Origin: Paraphysomonas bandaiensis
Lineage: Eukaryota; Protista; Chrysophyceae
Direction: 5' to 3'
Length of the DNA: 64,000 nucleotides
Assembly (NCBI GenBank): GCA_965644295.1
Contig: CBFFRP010000075.1
Coordinates: 124,001-188,000, forward strand
In this document: positions 39,712-52,130 of the stretch, piece by piece
How the letters are laid out: every line of letters begins with the position of its first letter
How positions within the stretch are numbered: position 1 is the stretch's first letter
Notes under the pieces: generated by a model
The model's database searches: none
The model's input: the letters and a program-made list of their open reading frames with translations, nothing else
What the model was told of the DNA's origin: nothing
Position numbers and translations under genes: made by a program

Positions 39712-40894
39712 CAGGGCTGCGTATCAATTAATTATCAATTAATTGACGCAGGTTGTAGTCAATTATAATTGCAATGTATTATTACTTTTGCTGTCTCAAT
39801 TTCAACTATTGAAATTAACTTCAATTGACTGCAATTATTTAGTACTAAAATACACTAGCTGCGAATATAGCTACCTCAACTGTCATTTCATTCCAGAGGC
39901 AACGATTCATGCGTAAAAAAATAATTAGCACTAAATGTTGAGGAGTCAATCTCCTGCGCAAGCCCGTCATCATAACAATCGTAGCTCTACTGTGAACAAC
40001 CTCTCACCCTTATTGGTTGTGCTATATGCAAGTGCTTCATCCGTAACGAGTTTTCTGGTTAAGTTTTGCTCGCTTCCGCCATCAAACAAACGTTGCGCTG
40101 GGTCGTCATTCGGAGCTAGACTCGCACCGTCCTCATCGAACAAATATATTTTAGTTTTTGATCCTTTTTGCCGTCCGAGTTACGGCTTCGTTGCCACATT
40201 TTGAATCTTCACGACTGCCTTTTCGAAAGCAGCGTTATGAATAATAGCAGCACTGTCGCCCAGATGAAGCTCAATAATCGGGTGCATTATGAAGGGTTCA
40301 TCAATCAATGTACAAACGTCGTGGAGGTCAAGCTGGTGTTAACCTTACTTCTGTAATTGTACTACACCTATTTATATAATACAGGACATAATATATATAT
40401 ATACATATATATATACTCTGTATATAGGTGGATAGTCCTACTTAACACGTCGGAACCAAACTCGAATGATCGCATATGATTAGGGTTAGGATATATAGAA
40501 GCCAGTAGCGATCAATCACGGAAAATATGGAGTCCCTTTTCCTGCAGGACAAACCTCTATCACAGCCTCTTCGTTATTATTATCATCATTTACTTTCTCA
40601 AATAACACTCGTGCAATGACTTCTGGTGCCAATTTGTCGCTCCTATCGCAAATTAATTAAATAAATTACTATGTGGGATAATCCTACGGATATTATAGTC
40701 TTTCACCAATCTTCGATTTTTATCCTAAAAAATTGGATTTTTTTTAATACCGTTTTTCAACAACTTTTCAGTATAAATTAATTGTCAATTAATTGAAGCT
40801 AGCTGGAGTCAATTATAATAGCAATTATGAATCGATGTCCCAATTTCAATTATTGCAATTTCAATAATTGACAATTAATTGATACGCAGCCCTG
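39712..40894 (-). mobile_element. Non-autonomous hAT element (1183 bp)
   Basis: TIR cagggctgcgtatcaattaatt; 8-bp TSD acttgaat on both sides; decayed TNxxERLF...RRRLTP transposase C-terminus on the minus strand near 39940-40040. Confidence 0.93.
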
Positions 40895-41067
40895 ACTTGA
40901 ATGGAGAGGCTAGCCTTCACACCACTTTAATAGTCATTATAATATAGCCACGAAGAGCAAGAAATAGCCATAACCCTTAAAATATTTCCCAAGTTATAAA
41001 TCTAATATTTTATGTCCTTATACTAATAGTAAATTATTGCGTATATTCCATGAAATTGTGCGCAGCT

Positions 41068-41210
41068 CTGCTGCTTTTGTGCGTCACCGTAAGTACCGAG
41101 ATGCAATTACTCTCGCTTTATCACTCAAAAAGCAAACGCAGTGAGGAAGTACAATGTTGATACACCTGACATCCGATGCCTGTTTATTAGTCATGACCCA
41201 AAGATGCCTT
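41068..41210 (-). repeat. Degenerate SINE-like fragment
   Basis: gtgcgtcaccgtaagtaccgagatgcaa and gatgcctgtttattagtcatgacccaaag resemble 29866-29969. Confidence 0.6.
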
Positions 41211-41524
41211 GTTCATAACATTGTAATGAATAATAAATAGCAGGTATTTATTTTGTGGACCTATACTTTTATTGCAATATGTATTGGGCACATATCTTGC
41301 ACTCACTTTAGCCCTCCTGATAAATTATGATGTTTGCGTTATATTTAATACAGGATTGATGCCAACAGAAATTGATGATGTGAAATCATTCGAAATAAAA
41401 AATTACAAACACTTGTTAGAGTTAAGATTAAATGCTAAACAATATAGATACCATTAACCGGACATAATCTAGTCTAATATTTCAGTTACATAGCAGCCAG
41501 CACTCAAGACAATGTCTACGCAAT

Positions 41525-44500
41525 CTACTTATCTTTCGATGACAAAACGTCAGCTAGCGACTTTGGTTTGGAATTCTTTACAGTACCAGGCTGATAAGAA
41601 TCATATTTGCCTGTATCACCACTATCAGCATCAGTACCAAACGGACATGCACCTAGCGTAACACGTTACACCCTTAAAAACAGGAAACAACACGATACCT
41701 GCGTACTGGTTCCTTTTTCCCTCAGACCAGTGATAATTCTTATTCGAAAACATTTCCTGCGGCGAATTCGTGTCTTCAGTAACAGTGACTTTCGTTTTGT
41801 ATTTAGGAGGTGTGTCATGTACAAATGAAGGAGGTTGTCGCCTGACAGTACATTAGATAAGAGCACCCACAGTTGCAGTCTCAGTACCGCTGAACATTCC
41901 ACGTTAGTAGATTTTTGGATCCATGACCAATTGTACTTCGCTTAAGCACAAATCCGTCAGTGGCATCCACAGCATCGTAACTCTCTGCAACAGCATCAAC
42001 CTATATTTCTAAAATAGACACAATATTACCGCCTTCCTTTTCGCTCCAGCTAATGACGTCGGGGTGTCGAGGAAATGGAGGCGTAACTGCCTGCGTGAGC
42101 GTTAAAGATAATACATTAACAGAATGACAAAAATTGCCTTTTTCTGTCTTGATCTACCAGCAGACTGACACTCAAGCAATGATGCCTCTTGATTCCAGGA
42201 AATTACATCGCCAAACGACTGCTTAGCAACTGGAACCTTGGATGCAGTTCCAGACTGCTGCTCCCGACATTGCACTGCCGGCTTTTTGCTGGAAAGCCCG
42301 GTCATATCCCGCACTAACTTGAAGAAATCATCATCATTAGCAACATGTGGAGATAGATTCTTAAAGAACATCTCAAAATCCGAAGCAGATATCGCAGTTT
42401 CAAATCCACGTCCACTCATCTATATGAAAACAGTGCACTATTACACGGCTAGTTTACACACATCTCACTTACAGAGCAAATCTCAAAAAAGTCTTCAATT
42501 TGACGAAGAGCTTGCCAAGGCGATTTTCTTCCAGTGGCCACATCCGGGTAATGATTTACATTGAAGTGATCCAAAAATACTTCGAGAGTTATTTTTCCAG
42601 TGCCAAATCTGTCCATCATTACAAACGCCTTGGTGTATCACCGTTTGGTTAAGAACGCCTGTTCAATTGTGATGGAGACAATACCTGTCTAATAATATCT
42701 TTTCTCCGAGGACTGACATCACCCTGTAGAGCGTTCGAAAAAACAAATTCAACATATCAGAAGTTTACAATGTAAGCAAGTTACCTGAAGGCTTGAAATA
42801 ACCTCATCATAGCTGAGACTCCCGTCACCATTTTTGTCGAAGTGATTAAAAAGGTACCGGATGTCCGAATCAGATAGACCTTTTGAGGTCTGTGTGTCTT
42901 GTAAAAAATCGCGACATGCCTTTCGGAACTCATTAAAACTCAAAAGCTTGTCTCCGTTCTCATCAACGCGGTGAAACATTTGCAGTAGCAATGACAAAGC
43001 ATCCAAAGATCCCTAAAGACGAGCAAATCACGTTAACTGGGGCTAAGATCATCGCTAGGCATTGCTTACACTACGTTCTACCGAATCCTTTAGTCGCTGC
43101 TTTGCTACTGCTACTGCCTCATGAGGCGTGTCATCCTCTAATGAACGGTGCTTGAAAACGTATCCATCTAGCTCGTGAACACATGCACGCCAATCGAGCA
43201 GCCCCGACTGCTCTTGCAGCTGCAACTGCTTTAGCACACCTTCAGGTAGCTCGATCCCCATTGTAAATATGATATCCTGGAACTCTATTCGCGACAGCTC
43301 TCCCGCATCTAGTTTACGCAGTGCTGCAAGTACCTGCTCTCGGAGCAGCTTCTGCTCACTAGTATAGCTAAGTTCCTGTTTTTGCACACCCTTCTTGCCC
43401 TTGTGCATTTCCAATTGGGCGGCGGAGAGAAGCGGTGTACCAGGAGCATTATCGTGAACCATCGCATCCTGAACCCCTCTCGAGGATTTGACAAACGATC
43501 CTATAGTCGATCGCTGTGCAGCTTGTCCTCCGCTACCCTTACTACCTCCTCTTGACCGCATGGTTGCGTCTGTCTCAATGATCTTCTTTCCAGTTTTTCT
43601 CTCCATGGCAGAGGATTGCATTGCAGTTTTCTTCTGATAATCTACTCGCTTTCGAGCATAAAATAGTCCTGCTTGATGTTCCTCCCGATCTTTCATGTCA
43701 TTTCGACCTTGTAATACGAAATTACACATCACTTTACTAATATTATGTCACCAACAGGCACGCACCCATCAAACTGGCAGCACCTCCTGCAGGACGGGAG
43801 TAGTCTAGCGGCTTGCTGTTGGGGTCATAGTGAATCAGAGACCGCACAAAATCGCCAAAACGTATTTCGCATGAACGGTTAGTTCGTAAAAGTTCCAAAA
43901 AACTTCTTGTCGGAACAATACCGAGGTCCTGTTTGAATATTAAACAAAAAAGACAGAATTGATATGACGCACTTTAATGCAATTGATGAGTTCTTCCTCA
44001 GAATGAACTTGCTCCTCATACTTTCGAAATGCATCAAATACATCGTTATGTTTCTCTTGTAGCAGTTTGGCTTGTCGTTCTGATTGCATTTTTTGCTGGT
44101 GGACAACATCGGCTCTCCACGGCTTGAGTGCAGTACCAGTTGAAGTCTTAACACGTCCCGATGGAATTGCACTTGCCTTGGCATTAGTAACTCGGCGTTC
44201 CCTGCAAGGGAAAGAACGAGCAACAGTAAGAGATCATGTGAGGTGTGTTTGAGTAATATGAGAGCAGAGACAAACAGTTATATATATAGACAGACAGCGA
44301 GATCAGTCTCACCTCGCGAGCTCTCTCTCGAGTCCGTTAAAGTCAACGAACCCATCTGGCATAATCACACAGTGCACCAGTATGTTCTCTATGATCGGAT
44401 GTCCGAAAGGGAATCCCAAATCAGCCACAGCTGACCTGAAGTCTGATGTATGTATGATGCCCTCATTGTTAAGGTCGCGGGACTTTATTACGCCTAGAAT

Positions 44501-44533
44501 CGTCTCTCTTATCAGAAGATCCGATCCGGACAT
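41525..44533 (-). CDS. Multi-EF-hand calcium-binding protein (calcyphosine-like domains), multi-exon
   Basis: DLNNEGIIHTSDF, DENGDKLLSFNEF, DKNGDGSLSYDE; HPDV and DDDFFKL calcyphosine-like elements; many short introns. Confidence 0.8.
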
Positions 44534-45129
44534 GAGGGATGATGAGAGTGGAGAGGTTGATAGTGTCGATGAGGTGCAGGATGTGTTGATAGTTAATATA
44601 CTATGAATCTATCTATCTTTCTACCTGACTGTATGTGTATATGCACAGCTCCATAGCACAGTCTGCCTGTAGCTGCATATCATACATACGGATACCTACA
44701 GTACATACATGTAGCATAGAGCTCAGTGGAATGCACAGCAGGTCCAACAGCTATTTTTGGCTATTTGTTCTGTATTATTCCTGTATTCCACACCATGGCT
44801 AATTCTGTATTCTCCTGCTGTATTTTACGTATACTCCTTTCCATAGCAGTTGAAGGTTGAAGTGTTGGTGTTCTGATATACGGTGCACTACAAGCAACTT
44901 CTGTGTGCTGCCGTATATATGGGCTGGATATGTCCCCGGGATGTACACATACACATACATGTACATGTACTGCTGTATACCCTGCTCATCTGCTCATACA
45001 TAAGTACAGTATAATGTACACGCGACGCACGAATCAGAAGGAATCAAATCAATTAGCAGTAATTCCATTGAGCTCTATTTACAGCAGGGATACCGTCCCC
45101 GTCTCATCTCAGCTGAATACATAAACTGT

Positions 45130-45723
45130 ATGAACCCAGTGATTCGTTCCATCGGGCTGCTCCCACTATTTGTTTGTTTGGTGATCTCTCGCAAGGAAGG
45201 ATCTCACATGCGTCTAAGAGGATCAGAAGATTTTGAATACATGGAATTCAGTGCTGACTTCTCTTCACCTTATCCCCTTCCATCACCCTCTCCTCATGTA
45301 ACTCCATTGCCTACATGGCTTTGTTATGATCCAGGTGAATTGATTCGTAGAAGAGTAGCAGTATATAAATATTTGTGTGCAGATGCTGTTGATGAGGGTA
45401 TTATATGCCCATTGTACTATGACCCTGTTTGTGGGTGCGACGGCATTGAGTACTCCAATGAATGTTTCGCGAGAAGGCAAGGTATTTTGCGGTGGGATAA
45501 GGGTAGGTGTTTAAAACAAGCGCTTCCTACGATGCAACCCACCAATGTCGAAGATTTTCCATCTTGGTTGGACAATTGTATAGAGGAACCGTCTGCTGAG
45601 GAAAACAGGGAATGTATACCTGAAATATTTTTTGTGTGTGGATGCAATGGTTTGACGTATCACAGCCCTTGTGCTGCGTCAAAATCTGGTATTGTTCACT
45701 GGACTGTAGGAAAGTGCCCATAA
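45130..45723 (+). CDS. Secreted Kazal-type protease inhibitor with two domains
   Basis: Signal peptide; CPLYYDPVCGCDGIEYSNECFA...GRC and CIPEIFFVCGCNGLTYHSPCAA...GKC. Confidence 0.9.
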   Translation: MNPVIRSIGLLPLFVCLVISRKEGSHMRLRGSEDFEYMEFSADFSSPYPLPSPSPHVTPLPTWLCYDPGELIRRRVAVYKYLCADAVDEGIICPLYYDPVCGCDGIEYSNECFARRQGILRWDKGRCLKQALPTMQPTNVEDFPSWLDNCIEEPSAEENRECIPEIFFVCGCNGLTYHSPCAASKSGIVHWTVGKCP

Positions 45724-46959
45724 CATATCAGAGTGCGTTTTACCGAGATTTTGGCTTTTTATATTTGAAATATTGTTTCGAAGTATGTCGCAATGTAGAC
45801 GTAGCGTATCACACGTAGAGAGTGTGGTGTGTGACATCGGTTTCAGAAAAAGTTACGAATTTCTTCATATTTCAGTTTTAATTTTATAAAATGGTATCTA
45901 GAATAGAGAGAATAACGTCTCTTTAAGAAGCATTGTACTGTTATTGTACTGTACATTTCTACGGCTGTTGAACGTTGCACAGTCCGTTAAAATGTGGCTA
46001 GGTGGTTAATTGCTTCGTCATACTGGGCTCCCCACAGCATCACCGTATTGAGTGAGTGTGTATTGCATACATATTCAACAAGTTATTAATAAAAAACTCA
46101 CTATAACATTGCAATTACTCTCGATTTCCTAGAGCCAATGTATATGGTATGCGATATAGTGCCGTCATATTCTTACTATTTACATTACTGTGACCATAAG
46201 GTTATGGTTCTCGAACAAGTAGCTAAACAGATCGACTGCGACAAATGCAACTATCACTCTCCTAATTTCTCATTGATGCCTCCAAAGAATGTATCATGAC
46301 CGTAATATGAACGTAAGATGGAAGCAGAAAGGAATGAGCCCAAATTGATTAACAAATGCATTGTGTGCTCTCTTCTCTGTGCCTGTATTTTTATGTGTCA
46401 CAGACGGCTTGTCTGTACCGCTACTCATATACGAGGCCTATAAACATCAGCCCCTATATATTAATATATTTATCCTGCTTCAGTCCTCTTTCAATAAAAG
46501 GAATGTCACTACAACGGGCTGATTCATGTGCTCTTGAATGGTCCCTTTTAGCACTCTGTCCTCCATAACCCAGAGTATAGCAGAGTTATTAATGTGCGAC
46601 CAGATGACACATAGATCATACCAGCACACCACTCCTGTACCGCTGTAGGTGTACTTCACCACTGCTGCATAATATACTGCTGTACAAGTCCCTCTCGTCA
46701 GCCTAGTGCGGTGTATCCCGCCAGCAACGGTTTCAAGGTATGACTGATGCGGCACGGTATATGATTATACGGTCATGTATACCTCCTCTCGACGCACAGC
46801 GCAGCATGTACGTGTACGTATGTATACAGGCATATGTGTGTGTTGTCGTTAGTCAGAGGCGAGTCCACATACACATACATACACACACACATATCGCATC
46901 GCAGAATAGAATCACGTCACTGTTTGAGTATCGATATCACTTCCTGCGCTGTGTATCTG

Positions 46960-47935
46960 ATGCCAGTGAGTGAAGAGACTGAAGAGGCAAAGGCCCTTAT
47001 GAGGGAGGCTGAGGAGAACATAGAGAGCGTGGCGTTTGCTCATCCAGTGGTGAAGTTCATAATATCTCCTCACTCGGGATCCATATTAGCAAACACAGAG
47101 CCTCATGTTCAGCTCAGTGATGCTATGGAGAATAAAGGAAGAGATGTGTTCAGTGATGTACAGGAGCGGTGCGGAGGCACTGGAAGAGTTCCCCGTGATA
47201 AGATAGTCGATATGCTGCTGCAGTGCGGATATAAACACAATAAGGACCTCATCGCTAGCGTTGTCGATAAGCGCTGCACTGATTCAGAGCTCGATGAGCG
47301 CGGGTGGCTTATTTTCCTCGAAAAGTACAATGCTCCACCGTACTACTATGGTCAACGGCTACGGAAGTATGCTGGCAGAGGCCAAACGCAGGAGTTATCT
47401 GAACTCATAGTACGTGGTTGCGACCCCAATACAGGGGACGGCGAAGGACTAACTCCTCTGCATTATGCTTGTGAATGTGATCGAGTAGCAATCATTGATG
47501 CCCTTTCTTCGCTAGCAGGATCTTCCCTAAAGATAAATAGTCAAGATAAATACGGTTGGACGCCTTTGCACAGTGCTGCTCATCATGGAAATATTGATTG
47601 CGTGGAGGCCATGTTGAAGCTAGGGGCTGATGTTACGCTTGCAGATAATATAGGGAAAACTGCACTCCATCTTGCAGTTGCACAGGTGTGTTACCAAGCT
47701 GCAGGCTTATATTGCACTTAATATTTGCCCGCAGGGTCGAAATGGAATATGTGATATGTTACTAACCCATGGGGCAGCTATAAATGCCCCTGACAAACAT
47801 GGAATGACCCCACTTCATGAAGCGGCGTATAAAAACAATGAACGCACTTACCAAATGCTATGTCTCAACAAAAATGTTGACTTGTCACTGACAGATACTT
47901 TTGGGAACACACCAGAAAAATATTTTGAGTTATAG
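46960..47935 (+). CDS. Ankyrin repeat protein with degenerate N-terminal EF-hand-like region
   Basis: GLTPLHYAC, GWTPLHSAA, GKTALHLAV, GMTPLHEAA; one intron ~47686-47733. Confidence 0.9.
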
Positions 47936-48185
47936 ATAAAAACGATCGAACTTTTAGGAATATGTAAAATATAAGCTATGTGTACCACTTGTGTGGAACA
48001 GTATCTTGTCCAGTTTGACGATGAAAAGGTGTTATCGCGTTGTATGAATTAATTATCGTCAATTATATTGTTCCCAAAGATGCCTATTTAGAGGCAGAAA
48101 CATTAACATTTCAAGGTGTCTAGGTATCACTCGCTTGTAAAAATAAGTATGCAACCTCTCACAACATTGGTAATTCTATAAATAT

Positions 48186-48895
48186 CAGGCTTGCGTAACG
48201 ATTAATTGGCGACAGGTATCCAACAATAGTAATTGCAATTATTAATCAAACATTCATTAATTGCCTTCAATTATATTGCAAGATTTTAGAATAGCTTCTG
48301 AACTATAATCTCATCCAAAAGATGCCGATTTTTACGCAGAAACATCAACATTTCAAGGTGTCTAGGTGTCATTCGCTAGCGAAAATCAGTCAAAAATCTT
48401 AGCTCTGCTAATAAAGTTTACATTGTTGTCTAATATTGTTTAGGGTTTCTTCGGAGTATAGAGGAGATACTATATTCTATATTATCTTAAAAGTTCTATA
48501 TATAGCAGTACAGGTCATTATTGGGATACCATTAATGGGCCATTAATGGTAGTCCGGTTACCGGCAATTGTAATGGCATTAATTAACAATGTCCCGGCAA
48601 TTAAAATGGCATTACCATTAACCATTAATAATGGTTTCCAGGGAAACAACATCTCACAAGCATTGGTAGTGCTATACAAACGCTTCATGCAACGATATCG
48701 AGTTGGCTATCTAAAAATAGTGTTGCAATATATTTTTCCTATCTCCCTGGTTTGTACCTATGCTATATAATATAATTTAATATAATTTATCCAGCCAATT
48801 AATTGCAATTAATTACACATTTATCAATAATAAGAATTGATATTATTACAACCAATTATTGCCAATAAATTAAAAACCAATTTTACGCCAGCCTG
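48186..48895. mobile_element. Probable composite MITE remnant
   Basis: caggcttgcgtaa ... ttacgccagcctg imperfect 13-bp TIR; no clear TSD; a related fragment lies at ~51380. Confidence 0.45.
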
Positions 48896-49649
48896 ATGCT
48901 TCATGCAACGATATCGTGTTGCGTCTTTTCTTGAGCTTTCGGTTTTCTTTAGGTTAATTCACTTTCGCTGAATTTGGCCAAAAAGCGGTGGTAATTGTCT
49001 ACGACTTTGGTGAAAAAACAGTTAACATAATATATATCTTATCCTAAACATTATGTCGAGGTAATAATAGCAAAACCTGGTGAAATGTATATAGCCTGGT
49101 GAAATTTCTGATGATGGTCGGAAAAGGGTATAAATATGCACCATATAACATATAATATATTATTATTAATAGTGTGAAGAATATTGTTTATTATAACGTT
49201 TACCTCATAATAATCATATAATATATATACTAAAATTTTAAGTGCCTCAAGTAACTTGCCGCTAAGCGGTTGTCATATACTGGCCATCATCATATTTGAT
49301 GTTGTAAGTATATTGGCGTTGTGTACCTGAGTATACATATATACCTCTTACATAATTTGTTGATTAAATGTATGTGTTACAACAATATGTTGCTGCTGAC
49401 CTCAGAAAAATAACTCTTAATTTGTGTATGTTAGAAACTAGTTCGCCTACTGCGAATGTTGGTGACGAACAATGACAATCTGATTCTGGGTCTGACACTT
49501 GTTCTTCAACCTCTGAATCACTTTTTGTTAAATGGTTGCATTTATACGCTCCTGCTCCCTCTTACTAGTAGCAGCATATTTTCTGTCATGTTTTGGTATA
49601 CCTCGACTATTATATATAGATATCGCATACCCTTCATATATACAGCGTA

Positions 49650-50775
49650 TATATATATACGCCACACGTTCAAGCCGAGACCCACAGTATTGGACACAGC
49701 GGTACGAGGCTTCCACACAAACTTCACCCTCTCCGCACCAATAACTCCCCCAAATGCTACGTCTCATTCCTAGACCGCATACGCGAAACTGCATATGTAT
49801 GGGACAAATCCTATGCAATCGGCAGAAATCGCGCCAAGGGCAAAATCGGAGACGACCACACAACAGCCGCCAAATACACAGACTGCGACCACACAACGGA
49901 CAACATGGCACACATGCTCCTCCAATGCAAACAACCGGAGATTGCCCTCATACGTGAACACGCCTTCCAAACACAACAATTTAAACACAACTTGACAAAC
50001 TCCACAGGCAACGATACCCTCATCCATGGTTCCACAACGCTCTGACCAAATTTGCAAGGGCCGCATGGGATCCTACCACACCTCAAGCTGAAAGATACTG
50101 GACCGGCCAACTCACCGCATCGCAACTAGCAAACGCCTTCGGCTGCAACATTTCCACCCCATTACTCCAATATCAGTTCCACAAACTATAACAATCTGTC
50201 ACCAAGATTCTGCCCCCTCTCTACAATGGAGGGATAAACATGCTCAAAAACAGAGGCTGCAGACATCACAACATCAAGGCGACACCGATGACACAACACT
50301 CGACTTTTGCAAGCTCACAACCACACCGCACACACACTGCCACCAACCCGACAATCCTCCAGCTACTTCAAGTAACATCCACCCCTAGAGCCAAGCCCCT
50401 CACCACGCGATCTCGCTCCCAACGAAGGCCAGAAAACCCGGTCCGGAAGCAAACGACCCTCACCACCAAACGAAACCCAGACACGTTTGGAACTCCCGGA
50501 CCCTCTGTCACCGACTCACACTCACGAATCAAGACCCCACCCTCCACATCCCGGCTCACATGTGGCTACGGACCGCCAGAGACATTACCCAAAGCAAGAC
50601 CACCGGACTAAGCCCAATACAAGGGATGGTTGCACCAAGGTGCTTGCAGCAATGAACAAGCAGTCCCGAGACAACTGAGTACTTTTAGCAACTCTGCTAC
50701 CACTATAATAGTCTAAAGTCGTCGTAGATAGCTTAACACAGTGGTTCTCTCATGTAATAATCAGATCTTTATATA
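49650..50775 (+). mobile_element. 5'-truncated, decayed non-LTR retrotransposon (LINE) 3' end
   Basis: Frame from 49800 reads WDKSYAIGRNRAKG...KYTDCDHTTDNMAHMLLQC (decayed CCHC finger), then YWTGQL; followed by module at 50628-50663 and type B tail. Confidence 0.7.
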
Positions 50776-50808
50776 TATACAGCGTATAATAATATATATA
50801 TTATGTAA

Positions 50809-51122
50809 ATATATAAAGATCTGATTATTACATGAGAGAACTACTATCGTCATCGCAATCACCGGGGTGTAACTGCTTTCGCTCTCTGTGTCCTTAAGGT
50901 GAACTGTCCGGGTGTCTGTTCGTCAAGACGCACAGACGTCTAAATACAAGTGACAATTATTAGTGTCTCTTGTACCACACAAATATTTGGCTATGAGTGG
51001 GCACAACAATATCTGCGGACTATATAATATATATGCGGCTCAAGTTAGTTCCCCGGAGAAATATTTCCGGTACCTATCCCCCAGAACATCACGAAAGGTG
51101 CAAGTCCGACTTTGTTGAGGGA
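50809..51122 (-). mobile_element. SINE-like copy with type B tail
   Basis: Body is a close match to 29687-29925 and 59024-59244. Confidence 0.8.
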
Positions 51123-52130
51123 AGTGGTGCGAGATGTGGAGGTGCTCAGTTTATTCTTTTTGCCAAAACAGTATTTGACATCACGACAATGCTATTTCAC
51201 GTGCATGTTGAGGTTAAAGTGTATTCTGACCCTTATACTGTCATCTGTCGCATATAGTTATGATTGCTATAAAATGAAGTAGTGACTGAGCTCATATATA
51301 CAAGCCTCTATTTGATCAAATAATGGGTTTGTAACAATGATCAGTAACTATGCAGCTTAAGATGCTACATAATTAAGCCAGCCAATTAATTCGTGACAGA
51401 TATCCAATAACAATAATATAGTACAAGTATCCTTTTCAAACCAATTAATTTGATTGGCAATTCAATTTATTGTCACATTGTCATTTTGCCACACATTTAA
51501 AAGTAAAGTACGGGATCGCTATGATGCTTTAGTCCCTGAAAGTAGTTTGTGAAGTGAATAAATATCCACTATCAGTATAACCTCATAAATATTCAAAGTT
51601 TGATATACTATGAGGTGTGATAGCTTAACAACTGAAAGGTAAAAACTTATTCTCAATGCTGAGAATTATAAATTATAATCACTATCTCTTACCAATTTCA
51701 TGTTGTCGCTCTGTCTACTACCACTCATTTCTTTGTCAGTACAGCTTGCTTCACAATATTCCGTTTACTTCTATATACTTATCGTCATTCATTCTCAGTA
51801 CACCTGTATACACTGGAACTTAAATACCTTATACCTACAGCTTTCATATAGCAGAGCTCAACACTTTTTGCTATAAATTTAATCTATGTTGGCTCTCGTA
51901 ATAGCGAAATATTCATCGTACTATAAGTCAATCTCAGTCCACAAAAAGTAATTATCCCCACGCTTGATACGGCGGCATATTATACAGTAAAATATAAAGT
52001 ACACCAATTAAGCCAGAGCTATCACTACTGTCCGTGGCTCAAGACACAAAGGAACTAGGTCTAAAAGTTCTTTTCATTTATCTTATGAAAAACAATCTAC
52101 CAGCTGTAACAAAAGCTTACAACAGCAGTT

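Noticed and set aside
51095-51115. GGTGCAAGTCCGACT resembles a tRNA T-arm/B box; also considered a tracrRNA or Fanzor omega-RNA
   Set aside because: No cloverleaf, it is antisense to the inferred element orientation, and no TnpB/Fanzor/Cas ORF is present in the window.
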